From the NCBI GenBank assembly GCA_010909165.1, contig VJWM01000134.1, positions 661,812 through 725,811 of the forward strand: a stretch of 64,000 nt of DNA, given 5' to 3'. Within the stretch, counting starts at the first letter, position 1. The number at the start of each line of letters is the position of its first letter. Below the pieces are notes generated by a model. The model had not been told where the DNA came from and did not search any database. It saw only the letters and a program-made list of their open reading frames with translations. Of the stretch, positions 1 to 10,838 are shown in pieces. The translations under genes were made by a program, and so were the position numbers. Origin of the DNA: Anthoceros angustus (lineage: Eukaryota > Plantae > Anthocerotophyta).

Positions 1-588
1 TGCAAGTGCGGGAAGTTGGACATGGGAGAGGCGGGAAGGGACTCACCCACAAGCATAAGAGGAGAATGGCGAAGCCTCCTCCTCACAGCTGCCTATTTTG
101 CTTTCCTTCTCGCTTGTGCTTTCCAATAGTGTTTTCCGACACTTCTATTGCTGTGTGCCCCAGCGCGCGGGAACTAGTCATGGCAGGATTCTCCCCAGAG
201 GCCAACAACAATAGTCGCGCAGAAATAGAGAGCTTGTGGGTGCATTGAATATGGCAAACTGTGTTCTTCGTTGTGCCTAGCCATGTGTTCAATGCTTGTA
301 TGGGATCGCTTGCTCACTGTCTTGTTGGATATTGGAGCTTGTGGCAGACAATTTGACGGCATATATGTTGCCACGACGCAAGAAAGTGTGGGGACCGAGC
401 AAGTTTTCCTTGTCTCGGAGGTGGAGGAGGATGACAGAGAGACGAAGGCTACATGCGATGTTGCAGGGCCGCTGAGCTTGATCACTTTACCGGACATCCC
501 CGCACCCCCCAAAGAAGAGACCCGCGTGGAGGCAACCGGCCAGGTCTCTGCTTGCAACACCGACAGTGATGACGCCCTCATCGCTGCT

Positions 589-1023
589 GTGATGAGGGAG
601 ACATCCGCCGATCGACATCGAACGGGGGGGTTGAGGAACGAGGTAGGGAGGAGGGCGCCTCGGAAACGAGGATGGCTGGGCGAGTATCGGCGGGGGATGA
701 CGCCAGTTTGGGAGTGGGAGAGCCCCAGGCACGTCCATAGCACGGACTCGGCGTGTGCTCGGGCATACCGCGGTGGACGGTTGCAAATGCCTTCTATTTG
801 GAGGCGTGCGTGATGAGAGACATCCGCCGATCGACATCGAGCGGGGTTGAGGAACGAGGTAGGGAGGCGCCTCGGAAGCGAGGATGGTGGGCGGTATCGG
901 CGGGGATGGCCTTGATTTGGGAGTGGGAGAGCCCCAGGCACGTCCATAGCACGGACTCGGCGTGTGCTCAGGCATACCGCGGTGGACGGTTGCAAATGCC
1001 TTCTATTTGGAGGCCGGCGCGTG
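589..1023. repeat. Two-copy tandem repeat, ~221-bp period
   Basis: GTGATGAG(G)GAGACATCCGCCGATCGACATCGA...GCAAATGCCTTCTATTTGGAGGC begins at 589 and again at 810; the second copy ends at the copia insertion site. Confidence 0.9.
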
Positions 1024-1260
1024 TGATGAAATAGGTCACTATTAGGGCACTCTTCACTAGGGCACCTAGAACTTAATGATTTATTTATTTGGATAGGGCA
1101 TTAAGTAGTTTAGGTAGTTTTCTTTAGTTGGTTACTTAAGTGGTTATTTGTTACAACCACTAGGTGGTTATAACCACTTCTAGCCTTCTATATAAGGCAT
1201 GTACTTTCTATCAAATGTAATGCAACACATATTGCTAGAGCTTGTGTATGATTCTCATCA
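1024..1260 (+). repeat. copia 5' LTR (237 bp)
   Basis: TGATGAAATAGG...TTCTCATCA. By eye it differs from the 3' LTR at 2 positions (ACTAGG/ACTATG; GGCATG/GGTATG). Confidence 0.97.
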
Positions 1261-1271
1261 TGGTATCGAGC
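1261..1271 (+). other. Primer-binding site, tRNA-iMet type
   Basis: TGGTATCGAGC directly after the LTR; one base short of canonical TGGTATCAGAGC. Confidence 0.85.
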
Positions 1272-2065
1272 ACACTTGCTCTTTGTTTGCTTGTGCATCC
1301 TCATGCATCTAAGTAGCTTATCTAGGAGACACTTTCTAATCTAGCATTTGCCTAGATGGATTGTGTTTATCCTAGAATTGCTATATTTGCATGCATTTTC
1401 TTTATGCTAACATTTCTCTTCTAACAATGCTTTTATGCACTAATTCTTTGTTCTTCCTCCATGGATTTGTGTTCCCTTAGAAGGAGAAGGCATAGAGTTA
1501 AGAAGAGAAGTAGTCTGCAAGACAACAAGAACAAATTAGGAGCCCAACACATAGAAGCAATAGAAGACAACAAGCTATAGAGGAGAGATAGTAGAAACCT
1601 CCTCTTGTATAGCAAACTTCATTGCATCTATTTTAATTTCTAAACCGGATCAAGGGAAGTTTATCAAGCTAGCTAGACGTGATTTGCTAGAAGTTTTAGT
1701 CCAATTCACGTCAAGGCATTAGAATTAGCTCTCCAACATATCCCAAATTTGAATCGGTATTAGTACTCCTTTATCTTCTAGTCGCAAGACAAAAATAGCA
1801 TAGAAACTCTTAGATTTCAAGAAATTGATAGTCAATTAGCAACTCTTAGAATCCAATCCTTTGATCTTAAGGGAGAATTATCTGAATTAAGGACAAAATT
1901 GTCTATTCTCTCTAAGGTTGATAATGCGCAGAGATTTGAGAGCATGCTATCATCATCCGAATCGACTATGATGCAAGAGAAGAGTTTCGTGCATGCAATA
2001 GAGAAGATGAGGGTCAGATCACGAGGCCTAGTCCTCTAAATCACCTACAATGGCTGGAGTGATCA

Positions 2066-5000
2066 ATGATGAAGAACAAAGCTCCTAATTCCCCATTGGG
2101 TAATGATAATGCTAACACTTCATTGCATTATCATTATGGTGACAGCTTCAAAGAGAAAGATAGATTCAATGGAAGGGATTATGACATCCGGTCATTGAGA
2201 ATGCGAGGAGCTTTGCGGCAAAGAGACCTTTGGGGCATCGTCGATGGATCAATTCCAAGGCCACACGCCCGATTTGAACGTGAACTTCAACCTTCCGGGA
2301 CGCTGGACGAGAAGGCACAAGATTTATTGGTCGGTGGACTTTCTCAACATATGGTGAGACATGTCGCTGCAAAGACCTCCAAGGATATGTGGACTCACCT
2401 TGCTCAATTATATTCATCTCGAGATGTAATGAGTATTGTTGCGACTTCACGTAACTTCCGCAACCTCTCAATGAAGGAGTCCGACACCATCGAACATCAT
2501 GTTAATGCATTTCGATTGGCACGATCCCATTTGGAATCTTCAATCGTACCTATCTCGGAGATGGAGGCTTACGTCATTCTCTTATCTTCATTGCCACCTT
2601 CTTATAGGGCTTTCATTACAACTCAAAATGCGTGATTAATGTCGAAAAGCTGCGGATGAAGATCCAAATGAAGAGCCGACATCGGTGTTTCCGAACTTAT
2701 TGGAGCATTGCTACAGGAGGAGGCAAGCGACGTCATCATCACTCCGAGCCAACAAGCAGTGATGTATTCACAAAGGGGTAGAGGAAGAGGACGAGGGAGG
2801 CCGAGGTTCTACTTTCCACGACCCCATATCCTGCACATACTTTCCATGATGGAGAGGCATCTTCTTCAACACCGCAAGAGGTAACAAGAAGATCGGGATT
2901 ATATGTAATTGGTGCGTAATCCCAAATCACATGGAAAAGGATTGTCGTAGAAGAAGAATGGGGAACCTCGCAAGGAGGCCCCACAGCTAACATTGCGTGA
3001 AGAAACAATCTTCCTCAACTCCAGCGGTGCTCACTGTGTGCTTGGCTTCTTCCAAGCCCTCCAATACCTCATGGTACTTAGGCAGTGGAGCTACTTCACA
3101 TATTTGTTACAACGAAACTCTTTTGAGTCTTACTCACCACAGGACATCGGTCTCCTCCGGAGATGATCACAACCTACCCATTGCGGGTGTTGGTTCGATT
3201 GTATTCAAGTGTGATTCGGTCGTTCTTCATCTTCATCACGTCCTCCATGTTCCTTCAATGTGCAAGAATCTAGTATCACCGCAAGTCTTTGTCAAGAACA
3301 CACTGCGGTGATCCTTTATGCGATAGTTGTCTTCTCTCTTTCATAAGTGATAGAAACTATACAATCGAGCACTTTAGATGATGGTCTCTATAGATTGTCG
3401 ACAAGTGGGAGCCACCCATTCGCTAATGTTGCCATTCCAAACCCATGACACCTACCCAAACCATGCTTTGGCATTGTCGCCTTGGTCATCCTAATAGTCA
3501 AAAATTAATCCAAATGTCTAAGGGAGCTTTATATAGAACCCTTGCCTTGCAAAGGTTGAACACCTACCTTGGTGCGAATCTTGTGTCCTCACTAAACGAC
3601 ATCAAGAGCCTTTCAAAATAAATCTCCACAAAGGGCCAAGTCACCTTTAGAGATAGTGCACAGACATTTGTGGACCCTTGTCTACACCCTCCTTTAGTGG
3701 TAGTAGATATTTTTGACCTTCAGATGATTTCTCTCGTTTTGTCTTTTCCTACATCCCGAAAAACAAGAGTGATGCCTTTCACTTCTTCAAGGACTACATG
3801 AAATGGGTGAGAGACTTACAGATCACAAACTCAAGACCTTACGTTCCGACAATGGTGGAGAGTTTACATCTCGAATTTGAGGATTTTGTCGAGTGAAGGT
3901 ATAGCTCAACAACTTACGATTGTCTACACTCCTCAACAAAATGGCGAGCCGAGAACAAGAATCTACGCCTCCAAGAGATCACAGTTGCTTATTGGTACAA
4001 GCTAAGTTATCTAAGGCTTATTGGGCGAGGCCCTCCTAAGAACCTATCTCATGAATCGATTGCCTACATCAGCAGTTCAAGGTATGACTCCATATGAAGC
4101 ATTCATTGGCAAGAAGCCTTCTATTGACCACCTTCAATTTTTGGATCCCGCATATGTTTTTATTCCCAAAGCATTGCGTAAGAAGTTGGATCCCAAAGCA
4201 AGTACACTTTCATTGGCTACAAGGTATCAAAGGGTACAAATTGTTCAACCCTTCTACAAGGCAACTTTTATACGCCCGGAGTGTTACTTTTCATGAGTCT
4301 TACCTCTTTTCCCCCACAGTGGGAGCTGATAGGCTTGGTCCTCCTCTTGATGAGACCATTGACCCTTCTTATTTTGATGATACTGATTATTTCACTCCAT
4401 TTCCCATTCCTGCTTCTCGTGTTCCTTTAGTTGAACCTATTATGCAGGAGGAGGAGGAGTTAGCATCTATTCCACAACCTGGTACAACTCAACCAGACGA
4501 ACCTGATGTTGACATCCCAGCAGAGGCGCCAGTTGACACTCATGATGATGAGTTTGATGACCCTCTGGAGGATGACATTGTGGAGCCAGCAGATCCTCGC
4601 TGATCCCGCCTCCTGGATGATGCACTGCACAAAGGTACAACCTTAGATCCCGACCTACTATCTCGAGTCCTGCAGTTGGAAGGAACCTCCTTTAGGATAC
4701 CTAGCTGTTTTGATGATCCTATACCCCTATATCACTTTATTCTCAAGCTGTCTACAAGGCAACTATAGACCCGGAAGAACCTCTTACCTTAAAACAAGCT
4801 TTCTCTCCGAAAAGACTTATGGAAGGTAGTCAGATTCAATATAATTCCCTAGTTAATAACTCTACATGGAATTGGTCAAACCACCTAGGGGTAGGAAGAT
4901 AGTAACCAGCAAATGGGTATTCAAAATTAAAAGAAAAGGAGATGGTTCTATAGAAAGGTATAAGGCACGCCTAGTAGAGGTTTTACACAAATTCTGGTCT

Positions 5001-6312
5001 AGATTACATACCTTGGGCCACTTATGCCCCAAGAGCCAAATTTGCCACACTTGAATGATATTTGCCTTATGTGCCCAACATGATCTTGAACTCCACATGA
5101 TGGATGTTAAGACAGCATATTTGTATGGGCGCCTGCAAGAGGAAATATACATGAGACAACCCGAGGGTTACGTCAAAGGCAAGAAGATTGGGTATGCCGA
5201 CTCATCAAAGGTTTGTATGGCCTTAAGCAACAAGAATTGGAACTTAACCATACATGTACAACTTATTGGGAGAGGATTTAAGCAAAGCCGGTGATGCTTG
5301 TATGTACATCCTAATATCCGCAATGATATATTTTATCTTCTACTTTATGTTGATGATGTTTTTATGGCAACAAACTCCCTTACTCTCCTAGCGAAACTAA
5401 AGCATGGCTTAGGACTCTATTTGAGATGTCCGATCTAGGAGAAATGACATATGCACTTGGTGTTAATATTATACGAAATAGAGGTAATAAGACTCTAAGT
5501 ATAGTTCAAACCAAGTATATTAAGGAGAGTTTAGCTAAATTTGGACTTGAGGATGCAAAGCCCGCACCCACACCTTTTGCAAGTGGTGTTAGGCTTACCT
5601 CGGATATGAGTCCCAAAACATGAAGAAAAGCTAGAAATGTCTAGTTCCATACCGACATCTTTGTTGGCACTCTAATATATTTATGCAATTTTACGAGACC
5701 GGATATATCTTTTGAAGTCGGCCTCGCTCACAATTCTTGGAGAACCACGGGCGTGAGCCTTTGGATGTCTGAGCGTATATTCGGTACCTTAAAGGCACTA
5801 TGTACACAGATCGATGTTCAAGCATACACCAGCTATCACATTAACTCTAACGGCATATGTGATGCCGATTATCTTTGGTGACCACGATACAAGAAAATCA
5901 GATCGTTATGTATCGCTTGGAGGAGCACCAATATCATGGTCAAGTAAGAAACAACCTACTATAGCTTTAGCAAGTCCGAGTATGAGTCCTAACCTCGGCT
6001 AAAGACATAGTGTGGTCTAGGTTAGTTTTGAGTGAACTTCACCATCCTCAACTTAAGCCTACATCTTTGTTTAGTGATAGCCTGTGGTGCCATTGCACTT
6101 GCACGAACTGCTTTTCATTCTAGAACTAAACATATAGCGTTGAGTATCACTATATAAGAGAAAAGTTAGAAGATAAAACTATAGATATTAGTTATGTTCA
6201 AACTTTAGATAATGCTTCTGATTTATTAACAAAGTCATGGGGAATTGAGTTACATAGGAAGAATATGAAATGTTTAGGTATTACGAACACAGAGCCCAAA
6301 CCTCCAGCCTAA
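2066..6312 (+). pseudogene. copia gag-pol, broken by many frameshifts/stops as assembled
   Basis: gag FNGRDY...DLWGIVDG; pre-integrase LWHCRLGH (~3465); integrase core (~3650-3950); RT WVFKIKR...YKARLV, MDVKTAYLYG, LYVDD (~5345); RNaseH GAPISWSSKKQ. Start and end approximate. Confidence 0.9.
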
Positions 6313-6850
6313 TACTCATCCTAGCAGCTAGTGGGTAGATTTAATATAACCTCAAAGTTTTAGCCCATATTGTTTTTATTTTTCACAAACTTATTTCTTC
6401 CTCCTCTATCTCAAAATAGCTATTGTCTTTTCCTTGTTCCTCATAGACGGTCCATAAACATCCTGGAATATTTATATTTAAAAATAAAAATAATATTTAA
6501 GCAGTATTTATGTGATTAAATCAACCATAAATATTAGTTATGTTCAAACTTTAGACAATGCTGATTTATTAACAAAGTCATTGGGAATTGAACTAGGAAA
6601 CACATGAAATGTTTGGGTATAATGGACACGTCCAAACCTTCTACCTAAAGTTCATCCTAGCGCTAATGGGCCTATTTAAGATAACCTCAAAATTTTAGCC
6701 CATATTGTCTTACTATTTTTCTGAACTTATTTCTTCTTCTATCTCAAAATAGCAAATATTGTCTTTTCCTTGTTCCTCATAGGCGGTCCATAAACATCCT
6801 GGAATATTTATATTTAAAAATAATTAATGCGTTTTGTATGCATTAAATCA
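6185..6850. repeat. Internal tandem duplication (~346 bp x2) of the RNaseH end and downstream sequence
   Basis: ATATTAGTTATGTTCAAACTTTAGA at 6185 and 6531, with the following ~320 bp colinear. Confidence 0.88.
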
Positions 6851-7105
6851 ACCATATTTTTCCTAACACCAATCACACTTACGGAAAACATGAGTAGTGT
6901 GCCCTGGAAAATCCAAACTATAGGCACATTTGGTTTTGATCATATGGATTCCGTCACTTCACAAACATATAGTATGGGACATCCACCTTGCTAGGGCCTC
7001 CTTTTGTCAATACAACTACTTTATCATAATCACCTAATGGGAGATATTCGATCGTAAAAGCCTATACTCTTCACTTCATTAGGCTGATGGATAGTTGTAG
7101 TCTTC

Positions 7106-7890
7106 GCACCAGGACACACAAGGATGCAAGGTTAGAACAATAAGTTACAAATTGAAAAGGAAACAAAACTAGAAAGAAATTAGGAATCAACATATACCTT
7201 TTCATTTTCCTTTCCTTTCCTTTTCTTTCAGTTTTCCTTTCCATCCTTCTTCCTCTTTTCTTCTCTCCTTCATCCTCCACGCACCCGCATCAGTGCCACC
7301 AACACCAAAGGAAGGGATGGTCGACACTTCAAAGTCGGCCATCCCCTCACCACAAGACCTCCATTAGCCCGGCTACCGCCTGAGGAAGGGCGCCCCCCCG
7401 GTGGAGGCGCACGCATAGGGAGGCCCATGATACCGCAATGCATTTTTCTTTCCTAGGCCTTTCTTCACACATTGGAAGTTCTTGGGGCCCTCTCTCCTAA
7501 CAATGAAGACATGAGGAAATGAAGACACACAAGGATCGCAAGGTTAGAACAATAAGCCAAATTGAAAAGGAAACAAAACTAGAAACTTTAGGAATCAACA
7601 TATACCTTTTCATTTTCCTTTCCTTTCCTTTTCTTTCGATTTTCCTTTCCATCCTTCTTCCCTCTTTTCTTCTCTCCTTCATCCTCCACTTGCACCAACA
7701 CCAAAGGAAGGGATGGTCGACACTTCAAAGTCGGCCATCCCCTCACAAGCCTCCATTAGCCCGCGCGCACGAGGAAGGCGCGTCCCCCGGAGGCGCGCGC
7801 ATAGGAGGCCCATGATACACCTGCGGGCATTTTTCTTTCCTAGGCCTTTCTTCACACATTGGAAGTTCGGGGCCCTCTCTCCTAACAATT
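7106..7890. repeat. Internal tandem duplication (~410 bp x2) with TTTCC-rich tract
   Basis: GACACACAAGGAT(C)GCAAGGTTAGAACAATAAG ... CACACATTGGAAGTTC...GGGCCCTCTCTCCTAACAAT occurs twice (~7110 and ~7525). Confidence 0.85.
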
Positions 7891-8421
7891 TCTGCGACAG
7901 GACACAAGACACACAGCAACACCACAACGCCGATTATACCAGAGCAAGAGATTGGAGATCATCGTCTCGGGTTGTTTAGCCTTCTTCTTCGAGGACTCCA
8001 AGATGATATAGGTCTTCTCCTCGATTTCGGTGTTTGAGAGCTGGTGTGTGTTCGAGATGTGTGGAGCAAGTCTTCTTTGACGAGATTGGGCGGGAGAAGC
8101 GGAAGATTTTGGAGAAAGATGCCCAGAATCTCCCATGGGCATCCCTCTCCTGGGGACGCCCTCACGGATTGAGGGAGGCGCGGCCGCGGGGCGGGCGCCG
8201 CGCGCGCCCCGCGCCTTCTCCGCCGTGCTGGGCCGATCGGCCGGGGCGCCTTCTCGCGCCCGTGCGCTGCGGCGGCCGATCGGCGGGGGGCGCCCTCGTC
8301 CTCTCGCCATCGCCACCTGCAGTTTGATGAGGGAAGGAGGGGTAGGAGCGGGAAGGCATGTCAGAATTCTAAAACTGACCCGTACATGGGCATGTGATGC
8401 CCATGGATGGTTAATAACCAT
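7882..8421 (-). CDS. Antisense ORF in the copia 3' region, Arg/Gly/Ala-rich, unknown function
   Basis: 179-aa ORF including MARGRGRPPP (AT-hook-like GRP). The core is GC-rich, so it could be a chance ORF. Confidence 0.3.
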   Translation of the reverse strand: MVINHPWASHAHVRVSFRILTCLPAPTPPSLIKLQVAMARGRGRPPPIGRRSARAREGAPADRPSTAEKARGARGARPAAAPPSIREGVPRRGMPMGDSGHLSPKSSASPAQSRQRRLAPHISNTHQLSNTEIEEKTYIILESSKKKAKQPETMISNLLLWYNRRCGVAVCLVSCRRNC

Positions 8422-8640
8422 CCATTTACGGATTTCCCGATAAATAGTTATTTTTCCTTTTTTTATAAATTGCTATTTTCCTTTTAAGCTCAATTATGAA
8501 TATGCTTAATTTCCAACTTAAGTTCCCTTTTACTTAATGCTTTTAAGCTCACTTGACTTTAGAACTAGTTTTCAGTTCTAGGCATATTTTGACTTATTTT
8601 GAAGCTAGAGTAATTCTCTATCATCACACCCTAGTTCGTA

Positions 8641-8888
8641 GTGAGTGGGAGTGATGAAATAGGTCACTATTAGGGCACTCTTCACTAGGGCACCTAGAAC
8701 TTAATGATTTATTTATTTGGATAGGGCATTAAGTAGTTTAGGTAGTTTTCTTTAGTTGGTTACTTAAGTGGTTATTTGTTACAACCACTATGTGGTTATA
8801 ACCACTTCTAGCCTTCTATATAAGGTATGTACTTTCTATCAAATGTAATGCAACACATATTGCTAGAGCTTGTGTATGATTCTCATCA
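8641..8888 (+). repeat. Polypurine tract (8641-8651) plus copia 3' LTR (8652-8888)
   Basis: GTGAGTGGGAG, then TGATGAAATAGG...TCTCATCA, then TSD GCGTG. Confidence 0.95.
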
Positions 8889-10838
8889 GCGTGGGAAGTG
8901 GGTACTGGAGGTAGTAGAGGTTGAAGGATTGGCTGGTATGTACAAGGAATTTGTTTTTTGTAAGCTTGACAATCACGATGGTGGTCCGCATGCCTTGAGG
9001 GAGAAGGAGAAGGAGACTCTGAGGTGGGAATCGGGAGGCTGGTGGGCTGGATGCCATGCACGGCTTGGGCAAGGGATGCTAGAGTGCAAAGGAGCTGGGC
9101 AGGCACGTCGCGATAGTCCTCGCTGCGATGAGGAGCGTGGAGGATTTGCGGACGGCGAACTTGACGATCGAGATTGGAACTCCGGCAGTTACCATGGTTT
9201 TTGAGCCTGCACTGTTTGGGAGCCTGTTCGACATTGTAGTTGTGGAGAAGGAAGCAGCATTTGGGGCGCAGCAAAATTCTTCTGAGAAAGAAAGGAGAAT
9301 TGGCGGCAATCTCCGGCAGCTGATAGAGAGGGAGCTAGATTACGTCGCGTGTTCAGGCTGGGGATTCAAGACTTGCGTGTGGACAGTTGGGTCGGAGTGG
9401 GAGCCCTTTCACATGTGCATCTGGACTGGTCCGCAGAAGTGTCTGAGGAACGTGGTGGTAACTCCTTCCCGTCTTGTGGGAAACATGAGCATTGTGCAGA
9501 AGGATGTCGATGGGGCAAACTTCTTCGGATACCAGCACAGGCTTCCCTTCGTCTACAATAGAACTGAGCACTTTGTGTGCTATCTTGATTTCAACCTGAC
9601 GGATGAGGGCGTGTTCCAAGTTCTAGAGGCGTGTGACTTGATTGTCCGAGCATGCCACACGATGGGGGGGCGCCGCGGGTATGCGCTGGTGGCAGGAAGG
9701 TCACATGCATTTTTGTTTCCTCCGCGCATTGTCAAGCATCCACTGAAGATTGAGGTAAGGCAAGCTGTTTTTATGTTTCCCGGGCTTGCAAGGCGAGCGG
9801 AGTCCGAGGATTGAGAGGGGGCTGCAATGGAGGACAGGAGAGAGGAGGCACCGGTTGGTGGCAGTGGGTGGACGGCCTATCGTCTGTTTGAGGTGGGTGG
9901 GAGGGCCCGCCATACGCCGCCTGGGAAGTGCGGTAATGGGGACGATGCGGTCGGGTCGGTGCACTCCGGCTGCGGAGCTGGAGCTGGGCGCTAAGGGGGT
10001 TCACTAGTTTTGGACTGGTTTGATGTTGGGTTTGATTGTTGAAAATTGTTTTGGTCAATGAAAGGAACTCGGATTCATCCTAAATTTTGCGAGCTTGTTG
10101 TTCTGAATGTGGGGAATCTGGTAGTGTAGTTTGCTCAACGAGCAAGTATGTACACATTGGTAGGTAAAGAAAGATGCTCACCTCACGTTGGTGCCCAAGG
10201 CGGATCGAACTGGCTATGGAAATTTGAGCATGTTCACTGAGCGGATGGTGCTTTTTTCTGAACATATGGTTGGAAAGATGATGTCATCATGATAATTGTG
10301 GTGTGAAGAACATTGCAGTCAGATTTTCCTATAATTAGTAATTCATAATAACAGCAAAAACGCCAAAAATAGAGCAAAAAGGCAGCCGGCCTTCTGGGGT
10401 TAAGGATAGAGAAGATCCGGGCTGCGCATGGAGGGGGATGGAGCCGAGCGAAGGAGGATCCCGGATTTGTGGTGCCCGTTTTTATGTCCGCCATAACTGG
10501 TGGAGCGTTTGGGTGGTGTGCTCTGCGAACTGTGTGATATGAAGTCTGAGGTGGTGGGAAGAGTTTGAGTAAGCGGCTCCTTGGGGGCCTTCACTTTGTT
10601 CCTTTTTCTGTGATTTGTGCTGGCCACGATGTGTCGGCCCGGCCTGCTTGGTTTCCCGACTCTGTCTGACCCCTGTCTTTGCTCCTGGTAAGCTGTACGA
10701 TCACATCCATCTAAAAAGTGCTGTATAAATTCCTCTTAAAAAAAGAGGCTTGCACGTGTGGCGGGGCGACGACATGGATGCGTCAGTTGCCACGGGCTGC
10801 CGGTGTCTCTCCGTTGCGGTAGGTGCAATGCTATTAAG

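Larger units (their letters stand above)
1024..8888 (+). mobile_element. Full-length Ty1/copia LTR retrotransposon
   Basis: TG...CA LTRs at 1024-1260 and 8652-8888; 5-bp TSD GCGTG at 1019-1023 and 8889-8893; PBS after the 5' LTR; purine tract before the 3' LTR; domain order gag-IN-RT-RNaseH. Confidence 0.97.

Noticed and set aside
271-995. ORFs of 160-270 aa at the window start
   Set aside because: Largely produced by the GC-rich 221-bp tandem repeat, open on both strands, with no domain recognised.
9128-9814. 228-aa plus-strand ORF beside the copia 3' LTR
   Set aside because: Non-ATG start and no recognisable family; a CCFLLHNY similarity to Harbinger transposase on the opposite strand lacks the other catalytic motifs. 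Left unassigned.
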